The position numbers were made by a program, and so were the translations under genes. This document shows, one piece after another, positions 57,657 through 64,000 of a stretch of 64,000 bases of DNA (position 1 is the first letter of the stretch; each line of letters opens with the position of its first letter). The notes beneath the pieces are model-generated. The model worked only from the letters and a program-made list of their open reading frames with translations, was not told where the DNA came from and ran no database searches. Source of the DNA: an uncultured bacterium (GTDB lineage: Bacteria; Muiribacteriota; Ozemobacteria; Ozemobacterales; Ozemobacteraceae); assembly GCA_964472075.1 (NCBI GenBank), contig CAYYIY010000014.1:16196-80195 (forward strand). Reading direction: 5' to 3'.

Positions 57657-59015
57657 TCAGCGGTCGCTCAGAGTTTTGAGCAGGCCGGCTGCCGTCTGTC
57701 GTAAAGACTGGTCGAAGCGACCTTCGACGAACAGATGAAAGCGAATCTGCTCGGCGATGAAACGGGCTTCGTCGCGAGAGACAGTCTCTGCCTGCCTGAC
57801 GAAGGTGCGCAGTTCTTCGGTGTTGCCCTCATCGAGATCTTCGATGATGCCGGCGGCGGTCGCCTTTTTGTGATAATCGCGAATCATTTCGTCGTAGAGC
57901 GACTCTCGGGCAAAGGTGAGGTTCAGGTATTCCTTGTCGAAACCGGCTGCGGTTCGGGGAAAATAGATGGCCAGCCCGTGAGCGTGTTTCATCGCTTCGC
58001 CGGTCACGGCGTTGGCGACGATGACCTGATCAAGTGCCTTTTCGAGCTTGTCGGCAGCGGTTTTGAATTCCGGGGTCTTGATGCGGTCGCGCAGCAGCTT
58101 GATGAAGTGCCACAGATCGATATGGGCTTTGGTGTCGAACTTCTGCACATCGCTCAGAGCCTGTTTGTATGCCTGCGCATGCGAACCGGACATGGCGACC
58201 TTGGCCCATCCGTCGATCGCGTCTTTCAGAGCCGGTAGCCGACCGCAGTCGAGCGCCGACTGCGTGGTTTCTTCGGTGCCGTAGACTCCGCCGTTATAGG
58301 CGCTCTTGAAGGAAGCGACCATGTGGCCGACAAATTCGCGGGGTGTCGTGTACGGCTTCAGCCCGGCCATGTGGCTGTCGTAGGGATACCCGTTCCCGGG
58401 TTCGAGTTCTTCGGAGGCTACGATGTAATCAACGTTCCGATGGGCTTCCCAGGCGATTTCCATCATCTGCATGAGACAGGCGTCCATCGTGAGCAGGTCG
58501 AGGTTTCTGCCGAGAATCGCTTTGATTTCTCGGGTGGCCAGGCCGAGCTGGGCGGTGGTGATGTAGTTGCCGCTCTGATCGTCGTAAGAAATTCCCTTGA
58601 AGACCTTCTGCGTATGTTTCCAGCCGGAGCCGTGGTTCCAGATACTGAGAGCGTAGTGGCGGGCGGGATACAAGCCGGCGACTTCCTTCACGAAGTTCAC
58701 CAGGACTTTCCAGTCGCCCATATCGATTTCGCCAAGCTCACGTATGGTAACGTTGTTGCCTTTCTCGACATAATGCAGGGCAGCCGGACCCTTCTCGCGG
58801 TCGGTGATGGTGATGATATTGAGCCAGTCACTGCTGCCGACGCGCATCAGTTCCGTGAAGTCTTCATCGGCGAACGGGTCGAGATCATTGTCGGCGTTCA
58901 TGAAGATCATGTACGTCCAGGCTTTGGTCGCCTTTGCTTCGGCGCCGGCAAACCCGGTGGTGATGCTCGCGCAGATGATCGCTATCGCCAGCAGCCATGT
59001 TCCCGGTCGAATCAT
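57657..59015 (-). CDS. Secreted clostripain family cysteine peptidase (C11)
   Basis: Signal peptide; WTYMIFMNADNDL, WNHGSGW (His), DACLM (Cys), IVASEE. Confidence 0.92.
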   Translation of the reverse strand: MIRPGTWLLAIAIICASITTGFAGAEAKATKAWTYMIFMNADNDLDPFADEDFTELMRVGSSDWLNIITITDREKGPAALHYVEKGNNVTIRELGEIDMGDWKVLVNFVKEVAGLYPARHYALSIWNHGSGWKHTQKVFKGISYDDQSGNYITTAQLGLATREIKAILGRNLDLLTMDACLMQMMEIAWEAHRNVDYIVASEELEPGNGYPYDSHMAGLKPYTTPREFVGHMVASFKSAYNGGVYGTEETTQSALDCGRLPALKDAIDGWAKVAMSGSHAQAYKQALSDVQKFDTKAHIDLWHFIKLLRDRIKTPEFKTAADKLEKALDQVIVANAVTGEAMKHAHGLAIYFPRTAAGFDKEYLNLTFARESLYDEMIRDYHKKATAAGIIEDLDEGNTEELRTFVRQAETVSRDEARFIAEQIRFHLFVEGRFDQSLRQTAAGLLKTLSDR

Positions 59016-59237
59016 GCTCGATACTCCTTGTGTCGTACTGAAGCCCCGAATGCCGATGCTATTTTCTCATCATACTCACGAGACTTGCCATCCCGGAAGA
59101 GGCTGAATCAAGTTTATTACATCTGTACGGCAGCAGAAATCGTTACGCGGAACGCGCATTGCAAAAGTCGGCCGACCGGCAGCTGTCGGGTGAACGAACA
59201 TGGATGATACTGTCGAGATGAGAAAACAGGGGAAATT

Positions 59238-60646
59238 TCACTGTGAAAGCATTTTTTGGCATTTACACAGGGTGTGTCCGCAGTACCATTCGTTGCATAC
59301 CGAACACTTTTTTTTGGGACCGCAGGATTCACATCTCGGCCAGGCGACGGCTTGTCCTATCCCGGAAGAGGACGAGGCACATTCGCATTTGGGAGCCGCC
59401 GCGCAGTAGGTTTGACGACAGAAGTCGCAGGTCCAGGTGTTCGGGCAGGGAGGCGGATAGTTGCACCATCGACATCGTTGCACGACTCCCAGACAAGGCA
59501 AATGGGCATCGTAGGCGGCCTGGTCGATGAAGCTTTTCTGACAAACACGTCGCATGTCGGACCACCCGCCGGCGGTGACGAGGCAATGTCGCTACAAGGG
59601 CACGGTGGCGACTGAGGGCATCTCTTGGCCTTACATTTGCTGCAGATTTCGAAATGCGCTTGAAAAAGCTCGACGGTGTCGAACGTTCGATTGCACGTGG
59701 GGCAGAATCTGGAGCCTGTCCCGGCGCTTCCTGAAGCGGGGGCGCCGAAACCAGGCAGCGACGGGTCGGCGGCTCCGGGGAGCGAGCCGATGAGCACCTG
59801 TTCGTCAGGCGTTGGAGCCATGGGGTCGCCGGGGGGCGGGGGAGGCGGAGGCGCTGGATTCTGCGCGAGGAGGGAGTCGGTCTGAGTGGTGGGAGCCGTT
59901 GGTTCACCCGTGCTGCCGGGGAATCCAGGCGGCGACGTGAGTCCGCCGGGATTGAAGGCCGGGAGTGTGCCGTATAAATTGGGAAGTCCGGTGGGGGGAG
60001 GCGGCAAGCCGAGTCGGAAAACCGGCGGAAGGGCCGGGGGTCTTGCGCCGAGTACTTGGGCAATGTCTCGAATGTCCGTGAGTGTCGTGAGGGTTTGAAT
60101 CATCTGTTCGGCTTGCGGGCGCTTGTTCTTGCGATCCGTCAGAAGCTGAGTGATCTTCGAACCGTACGATGTGCCGCCGGCCGGAAAGTTCTTGGCATCG
60201 ATCTCGCTGAACAGTAGAGTCTTCAGCTGAGCCGGGTCAAGCAGATCAGGAATGTGCTCGACGCGCCAGACATAGACCCGAGGAGTTTTTACGACCGTGA
60301 CCCTCGCATAGATATCAGCCTGGTTCGGTGCACCCGGCGCATTCTCGACATACAGGTCATAACGGGCGCCGAGGTAGGATAGCCCGTTTTCGGCTACTGG
60401 AGCGGACTTGAAGAACCTTTCTTCCCAGGGTTTCAGATAGATTCTGGCGAGTACACGCTGAAACCCGGAGTAAGCAACCTGAAACGAAACTTGTTGTTCG
60501 TTTGTGTGCTGGACCTGGGTGCGCAGCCCCTGATTCATTACTGATACCGTGAATCCGAAAAACGTCAGGCTGACGGCGGCGCACAATGCCAGTAACAAGG
60601 CATACCCACGGGCAGAACCTCTCGAAAAAACCTGCGATGGCAACAT
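59238..60646 (-). pseudogene. PilX-like minor pilin with Pro-rich linker and very Cys-rich C-terminus; frameshift near 59543-59548
   Basis: ARG|YALLLAL...QVSFQVAYSG PilX-type N-terminus (RBS GGAG). After PTCDV the Cys-rich pattern continues in the frame of ORF 59238-59555; removing 2 nt restores TCDVCQKSF, parallel to the upstream FCPTCNRTF. Real lesion versus sequencing error is unresolved. Confidence 0.65.
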
Positions 60647-60671
60647 GCTCATTCTCCGACACGAATTGCTT

Positions 60672-60698
60672 ATATTCAGTATAATAAATAATGAATAT
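60672..60698. promoter_or_regulatory. AT-rich divergent promoter region with an inverted repeat around a perfect TATAAT
   Basis: ATATTCA-13 nt-TGAATAT; TATAAT at 60680-60685; the AT-rich gap contrasts with GC-rich flanks. Confidence 0.45.
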
Positions 60699-60730
60699 TT
60701 CTGGAACTTTTGTAATGCGGGAATTTCAGA

Positions 60731-61255
60731 ATGAGAAGAGGCGGGTTCACTTCGATCGAGTTGCTGGTTGTGGCAGCGATTCTGGCCATGGTGATTGCCA
60801 TCGGCCTGCAATTGGTTTTCAGCCGCAATCAGGCCGAACAGAGTCTGATGGGCAGACTCAGTCTTCAGAGTGATGCGCGCAAAGTTGCGGATATGCTCAT
60901 TGCCCGTGTTCGAGAGGGAGCGGAAGTCGTGCGTCCGTTTCTGGGTGAAACACGCAACTACATGGTGTATCTCGATGGGGTAAACAATACCTGCATGATC
61001 TACATGACCGAAGACGCTGAAAACACCAAGAAATTCAATAGGCCTTTGTACAAGCTCATTTCATACACGCATACCTATACGGGGTCGGGTTTTCAGCCGC
61101 AACAGGAAAGGGTTCTCGGCACGGCGCTGCAGCGAGTGGCATTCACCACGATTTCCCCGAACAGCGTACAAGTTACGGCGACGATTGCGAATGAAAAGTC
61201 CGAGTTTCAGTTTGTCACACACGCAGGGTTGCTGAATTTTGGAGGAGCGAAATGA
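60731..61255 (+). CDS. Prepilin-type minor pilin (PilW/GspJ-like)
   Basis: RRGG|FTSIELLVVAAIL class III signal peptide. Confidence 0.85.
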   Translation: MRRGGFTSIELLVVAAILAMVIAIGLQLVFSRNQAEQSLMGRLSLQSDARKVADMLIARVREGAEVVRPFLGETRNYMVYLDGVNNTCMIYMTEDAENTKKFNRPLYKLISYTHTYTGSGFQPQQERVLGTALQRVAFTTISPNSVQVTATIANEKSEFQFVTHAGLLNFGGAK

Positions 61256-62655
61256 ACTATTCTCGTGGTCCGCGTGGGTTTACCCTGCCGGAATTGCTGA
61301 TCGGACTCGGCATCATGAGTTTTCTGGCGGTCGCTTTCTTTGTCTTTTTGCAGTCGAGCAGTCGTCAGAGTGCGTTCAGCGCGGAGCACTTCACCGGGGT
61401 TCTGCTGGCTCAGAAGGTAACAGAGGATCTCGCCGAAGAGACAACGACGAATCCGCACGCGTTTCTCGCCCTGGGCATGAGCGGCACGCCCGCCCCCACG
61501 CCGATCATTGATGGGCAATCAACGTTTTTCGCGTATCTCGAAGACCGATATCCGCCGCTCGGGCAGATTGATCCGGCAGGTGAGGGAACGATTGATGCAA
61601 ACTACGAGCCGCTGTACAGGCAGGTGAAGGAATTCACTCTGGGTGTATCAGGAAAACCTCTGGCCTCGGTCGGCGGCTTCGATGAGAAAAAGCATCTCAG
61701 CGAAGCGCAGCTCGATTTTGTCTGGAAGACGCAAACCGGTATCGGGCGATACTCGTCGAGCTGTCTCTATTTCACGCCTTCAACCGCCAAGCCCGTGTCA
61801 AACGTGGTAACCATCAATCAGAGCGATGTCGATGCCGAGATCTGTCGCCGATTCTTTCGCACTCCGGGCGGTGACCTCACGCAGTTGACCACGACGTATG
61901 GGGGAGATCGTGACACCATTCGGGCCATCGGTACAATTTTTGTGGTGACGCATGCGTTTGCGCAGTCGACGACCACGAAAAATCTACTGCAGCAACAGAA
62001 AACCCAGCAAAGCCAGGTGGATCTATTCGGGTCGAACCAGAATGACACGGCATATCAGGCCCGCAAGTCTCTGGCGGAAACCAACTATGAGCTGGCGAAA
62101 CTCTGCTTTCAGGTCTGTCATGCCCTGCAGCCTTCGATTGACCGACTGCAGAATCGCATGAACCAGAATCAGCTTGGACAAGTGCTCTGGACGTATCCGA
62201 ACCGGTACGCTTATGGTCTGCAGACACTGGATCGCATCTACAAGACGTTTGTAACCAGTCTGTCATCGTCCGCCGCACATTATCGCCGTCTGCTCGATTA
62301 TCCGCAGGCGATCGCCCGCGGTCCGCGAGAATTTCAGGATATCGTTTCCCGGGTGATCACTCTTGAAAGAACGGCCGTGATGCTTCCGGAACTGACGAGC
62401 GCCATGACGACCTATCGCCGTACGCTCGACGACTTCCGCATTTTTTCTCAGGGTCGCAATCCGTTTCTCAATCGATTCGTCATGCAGGAAAAGCAGTTCG
62501 CGCTGACGACAACGAAGCTTACCGAAAAGCATCCGCACCTGGCGACGGTCAGAAGTATTGCCGGAGAAAGCATGGTTCGGTATTACAACTCCCTGCGCAA
62601 TCTCCCTGCTAGTCCGTTGAATCCGATGTCTCCGAGTGCCACGGCAAAAAATTAA
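61252..62655 (+). CDS. Large prepilin-type protein (PilV-like head plus long helical extension)
   Basis: PRG|FTLPELLIGLGIM class III signal peptide; 467 aa. Confidence 0.8.
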   Translation: MNYSRGPRGFTLPELLIGLGIMSFLAVAFFVFLQSSSRQSAFSAEHFTGVLLAQKVTEDLAEETTTNPHAFLALGMSGTPAPTPIIDGQSTFFAYLEDRYPPLGQIDPAGEGTIDANYEPLYRQVKEFTLGVSGKPLASVGGFDEKKHLSEAQLDFVWKTQTGIGRYSSSCLYFTPSTAKPVSNVVTINQSDVDAEICRRFFRTPGGDLTQLTTTYGGDRDTIRAIGTIFVVTHAFAQSTTTKNLLQQQKTQQSQVDLFGSNQNDTAYQARKSLAETNYELAKLCFQVCHALQPSIDRLQNRMNQNQLGQVLWTYPNRYAYGLQTLDRIYKTFVTSLSSSAAHYRRLLDYPQAIARGPREFQDIVSRVITLERTAVMLPELTSAMTTYRRTLDDFRIFSQGRNPFLNRFVMQEKQFALTTTKLTEKHPHLATVRSIAGESMVRYYNSLRNLPASPLNPMSPSATAKN

Positions 62656-62816
62656 GGCGGCATGACCGGAGAAGGCAGCTTTATTATCGACAGCTTTCCT
62701 TTTCCTGGTCGATGAAACAGGTTCGAACAACCAGGACTTTTCTGGTCGATAAAGGGTTCGCCGGCGCTCTCGATGGAAGGCATACTGACGTATTTCGTCA
62801 GCAGGAAATGGTCGGT

Positions 62817-63875
62817 TCAGGCGTGCGGCAAGGTCGTGCCGGGTTCGAGCACCTTGCGGATCATGCCGCCGCTGACTTCCGTGACGGGAGCAATGATCAG
62901 AAAGGCGGCCGGATCGATCTCGTGCACGATGTTTCGAATTTTCGGAATCTCGAGACGCGTGATGATGCAGAACAGGACTTCCTGTTCCCGTGCGGAGTAG
63001 CCGCCTTTGCCCTGCAGAACCGTCACGCCGCGTCCGAGATCGTTGACGATCGCGAGGCGAATTTCCTGATGAAGCCGTGACACGATCAGGATGCCGTTAA
63101 AGGGTTCGATTCCGTGCATCAGGAAGTCGACCGTTTTTGAGGCGGACACATACGTGAGGATCGAGTACATGACCGATTCGATGGGGAGAACCAGGCTGCC
63201 TGCCGAAAAGATCATGATGTTGAAGATGAGAATGACATCGCCGATAGTGGCCGGAAAACGCTTGCTGATCATCAAAGCCATGACTTCGGTGCCGTCGAGC
63301 ACGCCGCCGCCGCGAATCGAGAGACCGATGCCGGCGCCGAGAAAGAAACCGCCGAAAACGGCATCGAGCAGGCGGTCGTTGGTCAATACCGGCAGGGCAA
63401 GCAGGCCCAGCGAAAGGGACAGACCGATGATCGAGAGCGCGCATCGCACGGCAAAGCCGCGACCGACCTGAGTCCAGGCGGCATACATGAACGGCAGGTT
63501 GATCAGCGCAATCAGCCACGACAGATCGATGCCGGTGACGGTCGCTGCCAGCATCGAAATGCCGGTCACGCCGCCGTCGATCAGATGGTTCGGCAGCAGA
63601 AAGCTTTTCAGGCCGATGGTTGCCGAGAGGATCCCGAGAAACAGAAAGCCGATATCCATGGCCGGGCGCAGTTTTGCCCAGTCGATGCGCGACTTGGTTT
63701 CCGCCGCGGGGATCAAGGCATTCGTGTATCCGCAGGCTCGGCAGACAAACTTCCTGTCCGCCGGGTCTTCCTGCTGGCGATTGCCGCAGGTCGGGCAGGT
63801 CATGAGCGTGAGGTCCGGCGGCGCGGAACTGCGGCGACCTTTCAGCAGCAATCGCACCGCCGCAAAGATGTTCAA
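62817..63875 (-). CDS. YitT family membrane protein (DUF161 + DUF2179) with N-terminal zinc ribbon
   Basis: FLLPNHLIDGGVTG, GGGVLDGTE, RGVTVLQGKGGYS, IDPAAF; CPTC...CRAC at the N-terminus; TTG start with RBS AGGAG. Confidence 0.88.
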   Translation of the reverse strand: MNIFAAVRLLLKGRRSSAPPDLTLMTCPTCGNRQQEDPADRKFVCRACGYTNALIPAAETKSRIDWAKLRPAMDIGFLFLGILSATIGLKSFLLPNHLIDGGVTGISMLAATVTGIDLSWLIALINLPFMYAAWTQVGRGFAVRCALSIIGLSLSLGLLALPVLTNDRLLDAVFGGFFLGAGIGLSIRGGGVLDGTEVMALMISKRFPATIGDVILIFNIMIFSAGSLVLPIESVMYSILTYVSASKTVDFLMHGIEPFNGILIVSRLHQEIRLAIVNDLGRGVTVLQGKGGYSAREQEVLFCIITRLEIPKIRNIVHEIDPAAFLIIAPVTEVSGGMIRKVLEPGTTLPHA

Positions 63876-64000
63876 GAATGAAGCTCCTGCTGAAACGTTG
63901 AATGTCCGGACAAACGATGAGCCGGGCGGCTGTTTCGAAAATCGCCGGCGTGCCCGCCCGCTGCGAATGCTGTCATGATAGCAAATCGGTCAGATTCTGC

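Noticed and set aside
59357-59545. Annotated C-terminus of ORF 59357-60811 (FVRKASSTRPP...)
   Set aside because: It is the out-of-frame reading after the frameshift; the alternate frame continues the Cys motif pattern.
59238-59707. Cys-rich tail as a multiheme cytochrome or DGR target
   Set aside because: No CxxCH motifs, and no reverse transcriptase or template repeat in the window.
16261-63978. Many 100-500 aa ORFs opposite real genes (e.g. 20197-21705, 35773-37107, 38448-39599, 40754-41869, 47562-48875, 50110-51135)
   Set aside because: Typical high-GC shadow frames, fully overlapped by genes with clear family motifs.
1-64000. CRISPR arrays, tRNA and rRNA genes
   Set aside because: Intergenic gaps are short and I saw no regularly spaced repeats, cloverleaf or rRNA-like sequence.

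Overview
This is a 64 kb chromosomal window from a GC-rich (about 60% by eye) diderm anaerobe. The gene style suggests Candidatus Riflebacteria/Ozemobacter, but that is inference and was not tested. Left to right it contains: (1) a giant secreted protein of more than 1750 aa running off the left edge, absent from the ORF track; (2) an esterase/ATP-grasp pair; (3) envelope genes (SH3-GH73 autolysin, AsmA-like, FapA, Ig-repeat/SLH protein); (4) a V-type ATPase operon E-C-A-B-D-I-K with Na+-type K-ring residues; (5) Rrf2-ferredoxin-hcp; (6) pfkB, SRAP and a porin; (7) a PHP-like membrane protein; (8) glmM followed by a minor-pilin triplet, an FG-GAP propeller and TPR genes; (9) a 2-oxoacid:ferredoxin oxidoreductase operon whose delta-alpha-beta part occurs twice as a near-identical 2.09 kb direct repeat, each copy with a different gamma subunit; (10) rsfS-rsmE-mtaB; (11) an ECF sigma / zinc anti-sigma-HTH / PilC-domain-PilB fusion operon; (12) an AbgT transporter and a clostripain; (13) a second, divergently arranged minor-pilin triplet with a very Cys-rich PilX-like protein; (14) a YitT protein. 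Three genes are frameshifted, which may be assembly error. I saw no rRNA, tRNA, CRISPR array, integrase or transposase. The best candidates for undescribed biology are the ECF-linked, probably catalytically impaired PilC-PilB fusion, the Cys-rich pilin-tip protein and the gamma-swapped OFOR repeat. All family calls come from recognising motifs by eye; no database searches were run.
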